Assembly (NCBI GenBank): GCA_041483195.1
Contig: JBGPFC010000013.1
Coordinates: 1 to 64,000, forward strand
Length of the DNA: 64,000 nt
Direction: 5' to 3'
Source of the DNA: Candidatus Eiseniibacteriota bacterium
GTDB lineage: Bacteria; Eisenbacteria; RBG-16-71-46
The stretch's first letter is position 1. Every line of letters starts with the position of its first letter. Below the pieces are notes generated by a model that worked only from the letters and a program-made list of their open reading frames with translations, made no database searches and was not told where the DNA came from. Positions 26,641 through 38,209 of the stretch are shown here, piece by piece. The translations under genes were made by a program, and so were the position numbers.

Positions 26641-27798
26641 ATGATGCGCGGCATGAGATGGATCGTCGGCCCGCTGCTCGCGGCCACCGTGCTCGGCGGA
26701 GCCGGCCTCTCCACGGCGCGGGGGGCGGGATTCGAGGCGGCCACCGGGCTTCGGCTCGAGCGCGTCGTCCAGGGGCTCGACAACCCGGTCCACCTCACCG
26801 CGCCCGCCTCGGATCCGCGGCTGTTCGTCGTCGAGCAGCCCGGACGGATTCGCATCGTGAAGAACGGGCAGCTCCTCCCCACCCCATTCCTCGACATCAC
26901 CGACCGCGTCGGCTTCGGCGGCGAGCGCGGGCTGCTGAGCCTCGCGTTCCACCCCGGGTACGCATCGAACGGGCGCTTCTTCGTGAACTACACCGATCGC
27001 CGCGGCAACACCCACGTCGAGCGCTACAGCGTGAGCCGCGATCCGGACCGCGCGGACCCCGCCTCGGCGAAGTTGATCCTCGCCGTCGACCAGCCCTACG
27101 CGAACCACAACGGGGGCCACATCCTGTTCGGACCCGACGGCATGCTCTACATCGGGATGGGCGACGGGGGCAGCGCCAGGGATCCGCAGCGGAACGGCCA
27201 GAATCGCGGCGCCCTGCTGGGAAAGCTGCTGCGCATCGACGTGGACCACGGCGATCGGTACTCGATCCCCGCGGACAATCCGTTCGTCCACCTCGCCGGC
27301 GCGCGGCCCGAGATCTGGGCGTGGGGCCTGCGCAATCCGTGGCGCATGTGCTTCGATCGGGTCACCGGCACGCTCGTGATCGCGGACGTCGGACAGGATC
27401 GGTGGGAGGAGATCGACGTGGCCCCCGCGGGGCGCGGCGGGCTGAACTACGGTTGGAACATCATGGAGGGAACCCACTGCCTGAACGATCCGCCATGCGA
27501 CCGGCGCGACCTCACCCTGCCCGTGTTCGAGTACGGGCACGACCAGGGCTGCTCGATCACGGGGGGCCTGGTCTATCGCGGCCGCAGGCTGCCCGCGCTC
27601 GCCGGCTGGTACATCTTCTCGGACTACTGCAAGGGATGGATCCGCGCCATACACGTGGTCGACGGCGCGGTGCGGGAGCGTCGCGAATGGCCGGCCCTCC
27701 ACGCGGGAGACGTCACCTCGTTCGGCGAGGACGCGAACGGGGAGCTGTACGTGATGAATCAGGAAGGCCGGCTGCTGCGCCTCAGCCCCGATCGCTGA
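26641..27798 (+). CDS. PQQ-dependent glucose/sorbosone dehydrogenase family protein
   Basis: Signal peptide, RLFVVEQPGRI, GGERGLLSLAFHP, NHNGG, GLRNPWR, SFGEDANGELY; start could be GTG 26626. Confidence 0.9.
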   Translation: MMRGMRWIVGPLLAATVLGGAGLSTARGAGFEAATGLRLERVVQGLDNPVHLTAPASDPRLFVVEQPGRIRIVKNGQLLPTPFLDITDRVGFGGERGLLSLAFHPGYASNGRFFVNYTDRRGNTHVERYSVSRDPDRADPASAKLILAVDQPYANHNGGHILFGPDGMLYIGMGDGGSARDPQRNGQNRGALLGKLLRIDVDHGDRYSIPADNPFVHLAGARPEIWAWGLRNPWRMCFDRVTGTLVIADVGQDRWEEIDVAPAGRGGLNYGWNIMEGTHCLNDPPCDRRDLTLPVFEYGHDQGCSITGGLVYRGRRLPALAGWYIFSDYCKGWIRAIHVVDGAVRERREWPALHAGDVTSFGEDANGELYVMNQEGRLLRLSPDR

Positions 27799-27834
27799 GT
27801 TCGGGGCCGCGCGGGCCGGGAGTCGCGCGCCGCT

Positions 27835-29553
27835 TCATGGCGCGTGGGCGACGCCCCGCACCGCGTACAGCAGCAGCGCATTCGGACCGGGCTCGCGGTG
27901 CATGAGCGTCAGGCCCTCGGGTGCGCGCGCCGGATCGAGGAGCGGGCCGAGTTGCCGCCGGCTCGATCGCACCGCGCGCTCGTCCACCACCAGCACGTCC
28001 GCGCCCTCACGCCGCGCGCAGCGCAGCAGGGAGTCGGGCGATGCGTCGGGCAGCGTCAGGATCAGGCCGCCCGAGTAAAACGCCACCCACGGCTTGAGCG
28101 TCATGACGACCGGTCGCGCGCCCGCGGCGCCCGCGGCTCGAGCTTCTCCCCCGTGCGCCGCTCGCCGGTCCGCGGACCAGGCCGCGCGCAGCCACTCGCC
28201 GGCCGCGCGCTGTTCGGGGCCATCGTTGGAGCGCCCGGCACGCACCAGCGCGTAGCCGAACCCGAGCGCGAGCAGCGCGGTGAGGGCGACGCTCACGATG
28301 CGGCGCGCGCGCGCGGCGTCACGCAGCGCCCGCTCGAGCGCCGCCTCCCCCGCGATCACCCCGCCCGCCGCGAAGATCAACAGCAGCGGAACCACCGGAA
28401 CGAAGAAGCGCCGGTCCACGGAGAGCGGCGCGTAGAGCAGCGGCAGCACCGCGAGCACCCACGCGACCGGACCCCCGCGCCACGGCATCACGAACGCGCC
28501 GATCACCGCCAGCAGCGCGAACGGCCAGTAGACCGCGACCGGGATGGAGCTCGCGAGGATGATCCCCAGGTTGCGCACGCCGCGGCCCAGCACCAGCCCC
28601 GGTCTGCGCAGCGCGAACGCGAGCGCGTGCACGGCGGGGGAGCGCAGCTCGCGAGTCAGCTCCGGGCTGTCGTTCACGCGTCGCGCGAGGTCGAGCGGGA
28701 CGGCAAAGGCGGCGTCGTACTCGGCGGCGTACGCGTGCCAGAAGTTGTAGCCGGCCTTCTCCCCCAGCGACCAGCGGCCGGTCTCCGCGTGAAGGAAGAG
28801 CAGGTACGGCAGCGCGGCGACGAGCGCCGCGAGCGCGAACGCCGGCCGCCAGCGCGCCGCTCCGGAGCGCGGCGCGCGCGAGACGAGCCCGCCCAGCCAC
28901 AGGGCGGCCGCGAGCAGCAGCCCCTCGGGCCGCACGCAGAACGCGAGCCCGAAGCAGGCGCCGGCTCCCGCGTCGCGCGCGAGTCGCGGCCTCGCGGAAT
29001 CGCCGGCGACCAGCAGGGCGAGACCCGACACGAGGAGCAGCGCGTACGTCATCTCCGAGAGCGCCGCCGCCGAGTACTCGATCAGGCGCGGATGGAACGC
29101 GGCGAGCGCCAGCGCGATCGCAGCGCCCCGCGGCGGCAGCATCCGGCGCGCGATGACCGCCAGCGGAACCAGCATCAACGTGCCCGCGATCGCCGACACC
29201 GCGCGGGCGCACGCTTCGAGGGTCGCGGGGGTGAGCGTGCCGCCCAGCGTCCGCGCCACGAGCGCCGCGAACGCGATGCACGTCGGGTAAAGCGGCGGCC
29301 ACGCCGCGCTCCACCCGGCACGCGGGTCGCCTCCCGCGAGCGCGCCGCCGAGCCCCGCCCAGTATGCGCCGTCCACCTCGATGATCGGCACGCGCAGCGC
29401 GCTCGCGACCCGCGCGGCGAAAGCCGCGAGCAGCACCACGATCAGGAGCGCGCGCGGGCCGCCGGCCCGCCCCGCCGCGCCGGGTTCGAACGCTGCGCGC
29501 GGGCGCGCTCCGCCCCGCATGATGTGCGGCTCGGCGATCATCACCCGCACCAT
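27835..29553 (-). CDS. ArnT/PMT (GT39-like) membrane glycosyltransferase
   Basis: TM then DGAYW, WPPLYP, LSE, VRPEG, RRFFVP; start uncertain. Confidence 0.72.
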   Translation of the reverse strand: MVRVMIAEPHIMRGGARPRAAFEPGAAGRAGGPRALLIVVLLAAFAARVASALRVPIIEVDGAYWAGLGGALAGGDPRAGWSAAWPPLYPTCIAFAALVARTLGGTLTPATLEACARAVSAIAGTLMLVPLAVIARRMLPPRGAAIALALAAFHPRLIEYSAAALSEMTYALLLVSGLALLVAGDSARPRLARDAGAGACFGLAFCVRPEGLLLAAALWLGGLVSRAPRSGAARWRPAFALAALVAALPYLLFLHAETGRWSLGEKAGYNFWHAYAAEYDAAFAVPLDLARRVNDSPELTRELRSPAVHALAFALRRPGLVLGRGVRNLGIILASSIPVAVYWPFALLAVIGAFVMPWRGGPVAWVLAVLPLLYAPLSVDRRFFVPVVPLLLIFAAGGVIAGEAALERALRDAARARRIVSVALTALLALGFGYALVRAGRSNDGPEQRAAGEWLRAAWSADRRAAHGGEARAAGAAGARPVVMTLKPWVAFYSGGLILTLPDASPDSLLRCARREGADVLVVDERAVRSSRRQLGPLLDPARAPEGLTLMHREPGPNALLLYAVRGVAHAP

Positions 29554-29761
29554 ACACCGCCCGCCACGCGTGACCCAATCCTCGGGCGCGAGCCCGAGCG
29601 TGCCGGCGCGCCTCGCGGCGTCACTCGCGGCGCGCAATTCGACTCGCGGCCGGCGCCCGCCTCGGGTACGCTCGCCGCGCCGCAGCGACGCACGACGGTT
29701 TCCGCGCCGGCACCCCAAACGACTCCCCCGGGCCGGCGCCCCACACGAAGGAATCGAATCC

Positions 29762-30877
29762 GTGTTGCCCTCCACGTTCACGGCGGAACGCGCAGCGCCG
29801 CCCCGCCTCTCCGCGCTCGCGACCGCGCTCCCGCCGCGCGCGACGCCGCAGCCCGCGACTCGCGCGCTGGCCGCCCGCATGTTCGAAGCGGGGCTCGATC
29901 CCGAGGACCGGCGACTGCTCGCGGTGTTCGATCACGCGGGCATCGACACCCGGCACTTCTGCATGCCGCTCGAGTGGTACGCCGAGCCGCACGGGTTCGG
30001 GGAGATGAACGCGCGCTACGTCGAACACGCGGAAGCGCTCGCCATCGAGGCGATCGGGAAGACCCTGGCGCGGGCGGGCCTCGAGCCGCGCGACATCGAC
30101 CACCTGGTGTTCGTTTCATCGACCGGCATCTCCACGCCGAGCCTCGACGCGCGGCTCGCGAACCGGCTCGCGTTCCGTGGCGACTTCCGGCGCACGCCGA
30201 TCTGGGGGCTGGGCTGCGCGGGTGGCGCGGCCGGGCTCTCGCATGCTCGCGATTTCGCGCTGGCCGATCCATCGGTCCGCGTGTTGCTGGTCGCGCTCGA
30301 GCTGTGCAGCCTCACGTTCCAGCGCGGCGACCTCGATCGCCGCAATCTGGTCGCGGCATCGCTGTTCGCGGACGGCGCGGCCGCCGCGCTGATCGAAGGC
30401 TCCGAGGTGGCGCCCAGGGTGCGCGGCGGCCTCGCGCTCGACCTGGTCGCGAGCCGCAGCACGCTGTGGCCGGACACGCTCGACGTGATGGGCTGGGACG
30501 TGGACGACCGCGGACTGCACGTGGTGTTCTCGCGCGACATCCCGACCATCGTGCGCGAGTGGGTGCGGCCAACGCTCGATGGCTTTCTCGCGGCGCACGG
30601 ACTCGACCTCGCAACGCTCGCCCACGTGGTCGCGCACCCCGGCGGCCCCAAGGTGCTCTCCGCCTACGCCGAATCCCTGGGGCTCGACCCCTCGGCCTTC
30701 CGCCACGCGGCCGCCGTGCTGCGCGAGTGCGGCAACATGTCGTCGCCCACCTGCCTGTTCGTTCTCGAGCGCGTGCTGGCGGCGCACGACATCCGGCCGG
30801 GGGAAGCGGCGGTGCTCAGCGCGCTGGGCCCCGGGTTTTCGTCGGAGCTGGTGCTGATGCGCGCGCGCGCGACATGA
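29762..30877 (+). CDS. Type III polyketide synthase (BpsA/SrsA-like)
   Basis: GLGCAGG (Cys), HPGG (His), GNMSS (Asn), LFADGA, LGPGFSSE; start approximate. Confidence 0.93.
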   Translation: MLPSTFTAERAAPPRLSALATALPPRATPQPATRALAARMFEAGLDPEDRRLLAVFDHAGIDTRHFCMPLEWYAEPHGFGEMNARYVEHAEALAIEAIGKTLARAGLEPRDIDHLVFVSSTGISTPSLDARLANRLAFRGDFRRTPIWGLGCAGGAAGLSHARDFALADPSVRVLLVALELCSLTFQRGDLDRRNLVAASLFADGAAAALIEGSEVAPRVRGGLALDLVASRSTLWPDTLDVMGWDVDDRGLHVVFSRDIPTIVREWVRPTLDGFLAAHGLDLATLAHVVAHPGGPKVLSAYAESLGLDPSAFRHAAAVLRECGNMSSPTCLFVLERVLAAHDIRPGEAAVLSALGPGFSSELVLMRARAT

Positions 30878-31443
30878 CGCTGCCCCCGCTGCCGGCGGCG
30901 CTCGGCCTCGCGGGATTTCTCGCCGCCCTGATCGTGCAGCGCCTGTGGGAGCTCGGGCGCTCGCGGCGCAATGCCCGCGCGCTCGCGGCGCGCGGCGGGA
31001 TCGAGACCGGCGCCCGGCACTTTCCGCTGTTCGTCGTGCTCCACGCGGGATTCCCGCTCGCGCTCGCGGCCGAGGTGCTCGCGCTCGGCGCGCGCCCCGG
31101 TTCGACCTGGCCGCTGTGGCTCGCGCTGCTCGCGGCGGCCGAAGGGCTGCGGGCCGCCGCGATCCACGCGCTCGGCGAGCGCTGGACGGTGCGCATCGTG
31201 GTGGTGCCCGGGCTCGCGCCGGTGCGGCGCGGAGTCTACCGGGTGCTGCGCCATCCGAATTACGTCGCGGTGTCGGTCGAGCTGGCGGCGGCCGCGCTGC
31301 TGTTCGGCGCCTGGCGCACCGCGATCGCGGCCTCCGCGCTCAACGCGGTCGCGCTCGCGATCCGGATTCCCGCCGAAGAACGCGCCATCGCGCGCGCGGG
31401 CGGCGACCCGGCGGCGCTCGCGACCCCCGCCCCGGCTCCGTGA
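30874..31443 (+). CDS. Isoprenylcysteine carboxyl methyltransferase family protein (BpsB/SrsB-like)
   Basis: ATGA overlap with the PKS; QRLWEL..SRRN, LGERWTVRI, YRVLRHPNY, RIPAEE. Confidence 0.9.
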   Translation: MTLPPLPAALGLAGFLAALIVQRLWELGRSRRNARALAARGGIETGARHFPLFVVLHAGFPLALAAEVLALGARPGSTWPLWLALLAAAEGLRAAAIHALGERWTVRIVVVPGLAPVRRGVYRVLRHPNYVAVSVELAAAALLFGAWRTAIAASALNAVALAIRIPAEERAIARAGGDPAALATPAPAP

Positions 31444-31447
31444 CGCG

Positions 31448-33745
31448 CTAGCGCGTCGCGACCGCGGCTTCGGTCTCGACGCTGACCCGCGCGGCGGGCT
31501 GAGGCTCCAGCACGCGCAGCACCAGCAGCGTCATGTCGTCCTGCGCCTCGAGCTCGCCCAGGAACTCGCGCAACGCGGCGAGCAGCCGCTCGGCCACCTC
31601 GCGCGCGCCGAGCTCGCGCGGGAGCGCGTGCGCGACCGAGCACAATCGCTCCTCGCCGAACAGCTCGCCGCTCGCGTTCGCGGCTTCGCTGATTCCGTCG
31701 GTATAGAGCACGACCAGGTCGCCGGGCGCGAGCGCCACCTCCGCCTCCTCGTATCCGGTCTGCTCCATGATCCCGAGCAGCATGCCGCCCCGCTCCAGGA
31801 ATTCGCGGTCGCCGTTGCGGCGCAGCACCACCGGCCAGTTGTGGCCGGCGTTCGAGAACGTGAGCCGCAGGCGCTCGCCGTCGATGCGCGCGAGGAAGAA
31901 GGTCGCGAACTGATGCTGGGCGGTGCTGCGGTAGAGCAGGGCGTTGATGTTCTGGAGGATGGTGCCGAGCGAGCCCGCCGAGCTCTGCGTGCGCAGCGAA
32001 GCCTGGAGCATCGCGGAGAGCAGCGCGGCGGGCACGCCCTTGCCCGAGACGTCGGCGATCGCGACCAGGTGGGATCCGTCGGCGGCCTCGACCACGTCGT
32101 AGAAATCGCCGCCCACCTGCTTCGATGGAATGTAGAGCGCGTGCACGTCGCAGCGCGGAATCCGCGGGAACTCGGAGAGCAGCGAGGTGCGCTGGATCTG
32201 GCGCGCGAGGTTGAGCTCCTCCTCGAAACGCGCGACCGCGACCCGGTCCCGCAGCAGCAGCGCGTTCTGGAGCGAGACCGACACCTGCGCCGCGAGCGTG
32301 GTGAGCAGGTTCACGTCCTCCGAGCTGAATCCGGTGCCGGTGAGCTTGTCGCCGAGCAGCAGCGCGCCCAGCACGTCGCCGTGCCAGCGCAGCGGCACCA
32401 GCAGCGCGGCCGAGCGGCCGTCCCCGAGCTCGGCCTGCTCCTCGGGAGTCAGGCCCTCCACGCCCTCGCTCACCCGGTAGCTGCTCGCCCGCGCGGACAC
32501 GCGCGGCAGGATGTCCGCGAGCCGCGAGAGCGCGCCGGGGGCCAGCGGCGCCCCACCCCCGCTGTGCGCGATCGCGCCGTTCCCGGTGAGCGCGACGACG
32601 TGCGCGCCTTGCAGCAGCAGCGCGTCGGCCAGCGTGCGGATGGTGCGCGACATCAGCACCTCGAGATCGATCGTGGTCTGGAGATCGCGGCCCAGCTGAC
32701 GGAGCACGTTGCGATAGTCCGCCGGGTCCTTGAGCAGCACGCGGTCCAGCACCTCCTCGAGTCGTGCGATGGCGGGCTGGAACAACGCGAGCGCCATGAC
32801 CAGGAATACCGGCGTGAACACCCGTGCGTCCACGCCGGGAACGGCCGTGAGGATGCGATTGAGGGGCTGGAGCACGACCAGGTAGAGCCCGACCAGCGCC
32901 GCGGAGGCCAGCGCGTACAGGATGCCGCGCCGCGCGAGCAGGCGCGCGTCGAGGAACTTGTGGCGAACGATCGCGTAGGCGATCGAGCCCGGCCCCAGGG
33001 TGAGGGCGGCGATGGTGAGCCACGAGCGCACGCCCGGGTCGACCTGGAGGTTCAGCATCTGTGGAATGGTGGTCGCGAAGCTGTAGCAGCCGAGGCACGC
33101 GCTCAATCCCACCGCGATCACGCGCAGCTGCTGCTTGAGTCGCGGCACCTGCGAGCGGCGGTAGCTGTCGAACAGCAGCGCCATGGTCGCGAGTCCGAAG
33201 CCGAGATTGACCAGCGAGAACAGCGCCTGGTGCACGAGCAGGAACATTCGCACGAACACCCCGGCCACCCCGACGATCGATCCGAGGTACCGCAACGCGC
33301 CGACCCGCGGCAGCTCGACCTCGGGGCGCCACACCAGCAGCACCAGCATCAGCGCGAAGTGGAAGAGATGCGGCGCGAACACCAGCGTGCCGAAGCCCGG
33401 CGCGAACGGGCGCCCCGCGAGGAACGGGATGCGGCGGGTGTACGCGCGCTCGACCGGGAAGATGCTCGCGAACAGGAACAGCGTCGGGAAGAAGAACTCC
33501 CAGACGTAGGACACGCTCTCGATCAGGCTGGGCGCGCCTGCCGCGCCGCCGGTCGCGGCCGGGGCATGCGCGGCCATCAGGCTGAGCGCCGCGAGCACCG
33601 CGCCGACGCCGCCGAAGAACAGCATCATCGCCACCGTGCGGTTCAGACGGTGGCGCGGATTCTCGCGCAGGATGATGAGCCCGAGGAGGAAGACCAGGCC
33701 TCCCAGGGACAGGTTCAGCGTCGAGAGAATCAGGAACGAACTCAT
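31448..33745 (-). CDS. Multi-TM sensor + GAF + SpoIIE/PP2C phosphatase (RsbU-like)
   Basis: Polytopic N-terminus with YAIVRH.FLD; GAF; ARQIQ, GGDFYD, ADVSGKG, NAGH, YTDG, DDMT. Confidence 0.9.
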   Translation of the reverse strand: MSSFLILSTLNLSLGGLVFLLGLIILRENPRHRLNRTVAMMLFFGGVGAVLAALSLMAAHAPAATGGAAGAPSLIESVSYVWEFFFPTLFLFASIFPVERAYTRRIPFLAGRPFAPGFGTLVFAPHLFHFALMLVLLVWRPEVELPRVGALRYLGSIVGVAGVFVRMFLLVHQALFSLVNLGFGLATMALLFDSYRRSQVPRLKQQLRVIAVGLSACLGCYSFATTIPQMLNLQVDPGVRSWLTIAALTLGPGSIAYAIVRHKFLDARLLARRGILYALASAALVGLYLVVLQPLNRILTAVPGVDARVFTPVFLVMALALFQPAIARLEEVLDRVLLKDPADYRNVLRQLGRDLQTTIDLEVLMSRTIRTLADALLLQGAHVVALTGNGAIAHSGGGAPLAPGALSRLADILPRVSARASSYRVSEGVEGLTPEEQAELGDGRSAALLVPLRWHGDVLGALLLGDKLTGTGFSSEDVNLLTTLAAQVSVSLQNALLLRDRVAVARFEEELNLARQIQRTSLLSEFPRIPRCDVHALYIPSKQVGGDFYDVVEAADGSHLVAIADVSGKGVPAALLSAMLQASLRTQSSAGSLGTILQNINALLYRSTAQHQFATFFLARIDGERLRLTFSNAGHNWPVVLRRNGDREFLERGGMLLGIMEQTGYEEAEVALAPGDLVVLYTDGISEAANASGELFGEERLCSVAHALPRELGAREVAERLLAALREFLGELEAQDDMTLLVLRVLEPQPAARVSVETEAAVATR

Positions 33746-33959
33746 CGGCCCCCGGGCTCCCCCTCAGGGTGGGGGTGCGTGAGTCGGAGCGTGCGACGGT
33801 GAGTACGGCCTCACGCCGCGTGGGTTGCACCGTTCGGGCGCGGCCCGCCCGCCGCGGCGAATGGACCGACCAGCGCCCGCACGGCACGTGACACCGCCAG
33901 TGTTTCGTCCCCGGCCCGTCGCGTCAAGTCGCGAGCCTCGCGAGGACGGCGCGGCGCGA

Positions 33960-34349
33960 TCAGCGCCCGATGGACTTCCTCCCGGCGCGCGCCGGGCCGC
34001 GCGCGAAGCGCGCGACCACGGTCGAGCCGATTCCTCCGCGCACGTTGAACCGTCCGATCACCGTCATCCGCCGCGGGCGCAGCGCGCGCACCAGATCGTC
34101 CAGGATTTGATTCGTCGCCTGTTCGAAGAAATGGCCCTCGTCGCGGAACGACCAGAGGTAGAGCTTGAGCGACTTGAGCTCGACGCACAGCCGGTCCGGG
34201 ACGTATACGACGACGATGGTGCCGAAGTCCGGCTGCCCGGTCACGGGGCAGACGGCGGTGTACTCCGGGCACTCGTGGCGAACGATGTAGTCGCGCCGGG
34301 GCGCGGGGTTCGGAAACGTCTCGAGCCGTTTCGACGGTCGGGCCGGCAT
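33960..34349 (-). CDS. queF: PreQ0 reductase QueF (unimodular)
   Basis: [24 protein letters not shown]. Confidence 0.95.
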   Translation of the reverse strand: MPARPSKRLETFPNPAPRRDYIVRHECPEYTAVCPVTGQPDFGTIVVVYVPDRLCVELKSLKLYLWSFRDEGHFFEQATNQILDDLVRALRPRRMTVIGRFNVRGGIGSTVVARFARGPARAGRKSIGR

Positions 34350-34530
34350 GGGATCCTCGGGTGAAGGGGCGCAGTGTGCGCGAGGCGCGGAAAGCGGGTC
34401 AAGCGCGGGATCGTGGCGCGGGCCGTGACCCCGAGGACGCGCGCCGGCTCAAGTCCGCCCCCGATCGCGCCGATACCGGCTCCATCGCGTCCGGCCCCTC
34501 TCCGAGCGACCCTCGAGAGGAGTCTGCCAC

Positions 34531-35817
34531 ATGCTCGCGTCCTCGCCGTCCTCTTCCAACCTCGCTTCGACTTCTCTCGACCCTGCCCGCATCGAGGCGG
34601 CGTTCGCGACCACCTGTGAGCGCGTCGGATCCGCGGAGGGACTCGCGGCGCCATGCGCCGAGATCCTCGCGGCGCTGGTCGCCGAGTCCGGAGCGAGCCG
34701 CGCCTCGCTGCTGCTCCTCAACCCCGACACCGGGCGCCTCAACATGGCGGCGGCGATCGGGCTGCCCGCCGACATCGTGGGCCGCGACATGACGCCGCGC
34801 CCGCGCAGCATCTCGGAGTGGGTGTTCCGCAATCGCCGTGGCCTGGTGTTGAACGGCGAGGTGCGCGACGAGCGATTCGAAGGCACGTCGCGCCACGCGG
34901 TGACCGAATCCTCGATGTGCGTCCCGATCGAGACCACGGCCGGACCGCTCGGCGTGCTCAGCCTCGCGCGTCATTCGCCCGCGCTGTCGTTTGCCGATCC
35001 CGACTTGCTCACGCTCTCGCACGCATTGCCACCCGTCATCGACGTGATCCGCCGCGCCTGGCGGATGGAGCGTGCCGAGCGGAGCCTGCAGCGGCTCGAA
35101 GTGGCCGACGGCGCGCCCGACCGCACGCTCGTCCCGCGCGGCGCGTTCGCGATGCGCAGCTACGACGTGGGGCTCGCGCGGCGCCCGAGCTGGAATCTCG
35201 GCGGCGACTTCTGCGATCGCGTCCCGCACGCGAACGGCGGCAACACGGTGCTGGTGGCGGACGTGAGCGGCGAGGGCGCGCTCGCCGCGCTCTCGGCCGG
35301 ATTCGCGCAGGGTCTGTTCGTGGGGGCCGCTTCGCCAGAGCGCTCGGCGGCCGGCATCGTCGCGCAGCTCAACGCCGGGCTCCACAGCCGGATCGGCGAG
35401 CGCCAGTTCGTCGCGCTGTGGCTCGCCCAGCTCGAGAAGAACGGCGAGGTCTCGTACTGCGACGCCGGCTATCCCGCCCCGTTCTGGGTGCCGGCGGATG
35501 GATCCCCCACGCTCCGCCTCGATCGTGGCGGCCCGGTGGCCGGGGCGTTGCCGCACGCGCAGTATCAGGAGGAGCACGTGCGGATGCTCGCCGGCGATCT
35601 GCTGGTCGCGGTGAGCGACGGGTTGCTCGCCGAACGCGGTCCGACCGACCAGCCCTATGGCGCGGAGCGCGTCGCCGAATTGCTGCAGGAGATGCGGCGC
35701 GAGCCGCTCGACCGGCTCACGCACGAGCTGTGCGAGTCGGTGCGCGCGTACTCCGCGCGGGCGACTCCCACCGACGACATCCTGGTGCTCGCGATCCGCT
35801 ACCGCCCCGGAGACTGA
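34531..35817 (+). CDS. Cytoplasmic GAF + SpoIIE/PP2C phosphatase
   Basis: GAF (SSMCVPI...LGVLSL), GGDFCD, ADVSGEG, SDG, DDILV. Confidence 0.85.
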   Translation: MLASSPSSSNLASTSLDPARIEAAFATTCERVGSAEGLAAPCAEILAALVAESGASRASLLLLNPDTGRLNMAAAIGLPADIVGRDMTPRPRSISEWVFRNRRGLVLNGEVRDERFEGTSRHAVTESSMCVPIETTAGPLGVLSLARHSPALSFADPDLLTLSHALPPVIDVIRRAWRMERAERSLQRLEVADGAPDRTLVPRGAFAMRSYDVGLARRPSWNLGGDFCDRVPHANGGNTVLVADVSGEGALAALSAGFAQGLFVGAASPERSAAGIVAQLNAGLHSRIGERQFVALWLAQLEKNGEVSYCDAGYPAPFWVPADGSPTLRLDRGGPVAGALPHAQYQEEHVRMLAGDLLVAVSDGLLAERGPTDQPYGAERVAELLQEMRREPLDRLTHELCESVRAYSARATPTDDILVLAIRYRPGD

Positions 35818-35894
35818 GCTTCGGGAACGGCACGCCTTCGCGTGCGCTCGCCCGCTGGCCGCGCTCGCGCGGCGCGTGCTATCGTCGCATCCTC

Positions 35895-37229
<1,335 letters not shown>

Positions 37230-37250
37230 CGCCCGGGAGTCTCGCCCGCG

Positions 37251-37973
37251 TCACGACGGATGCGCCGTGAGCGAGAATCGCACCCGGCGCGCGATCCACA
37301 CCGCGACCGGCCGGTTGTTGCAGAGCGCCGGCTTGAACACCCAGCTGCGGGCCGCGACGATCGCCGCCTCGTCGAGCATCGGGATGGACTGGTCGACGTG
37401 CACCTCGGTGACTCGCCCGTCCTTGCCCACCAGCACGCGAAGGTACACGTCGCCTTCGACCGCGGCCTCCCTCGCCATCTCCGGATATTTCGGCGGCGTG
37501 TCGGTGATCAGCGCCGGCAACTCGTCGACGTAGACGTAGTCGCCGAGCTTCGGCAGCTCGTCGGCGGGCGGCATCTGGACGACGATCGGCTGGTCGCCGC
37601 CGGTCTCTGCGCTGCCGACCGCTGCCGCGATCTCCTGCTGCGAGGCGATCGTCTGATCCGGGGGCGCCTGGATGTCGGGCACCGGAACCGGAACGCCGAC
37701 CGCCGGAGGCGTGGTGGTCCTCGCGATTAGAATCTGGGGCGGCGGCTCGTTTTGCGTGAGCGGAGGCGGAGCGGCCAGCTCGCGAAACGGAATGACGATC
37801 GTCCGCGGCGGTTCGCTCGCCTTCGGCCGAACCACCGTCCAGCCGAGCGCGATCAGGAAGGCGAGAACCCAGAGCGCGACGCTCAGCGTGGTCGCGCGCC
37901 ACATCCGGGGCCGCGCGCCCTCGATCAGCTCCGGCGCGCCATATGGCATGAACTCGTAAAGTGCGGAGGCCAT
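37251..37973 (-). CDS. tonB: Energy transducer TonB
   Basis: TM, Pro-rich linker, PKYPEMAREAAVEG.V...VGKDG, FKPA. Confidence 0.9.
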   Translation of the reverse strand: MASALYEFMPYGAPELIEGARPRMWRATTLSVALWVLAFLIALGWTVVRPKASEPPRTIVIPFRELAAPPPLTQNEPPPQILIARTTTPPAVGVPVPVPDIQAPPDQTIASQQEIAAAVGSAETGGDQPIVVQMPPADELPKLGDYVYVDELPALITDTPPKYPEMAREAAVEGDVYLRVLVGKDGRVTEVHVDQSIPMLDEAAIVAARSWVFKPALCNNRPVAVWIARRVRFSLTAHPS

Positions 37974-38209
37974 GACTCGCTCCGATCGTTGCGGCCCCTG
38001 TTCTGATGCGCCACGATCGTGATCCAGCGATCACCGAATTCTCCTGCATAACGCATTCCGGGGCCGACCTCGAACCCCGCGAGTCCCAATCGCAGGGCCG
38101 GCAGGGGATTGCGTTGGCGGCCGGGTGCGCCGGCAGTCGGGTCGCTCTGCCAGAACGGTCGGGCCGGTCGCAAATTGGCAGGAGCGCCGCGGAAAATCCC
38201 GGAACGAAC

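Noticed and set aside
34350..34530. preQ1 riboswitch upstream of queF
   Set aside because: No recognisable preQ1 stem or A-rich tail in this GC-rich spacer.
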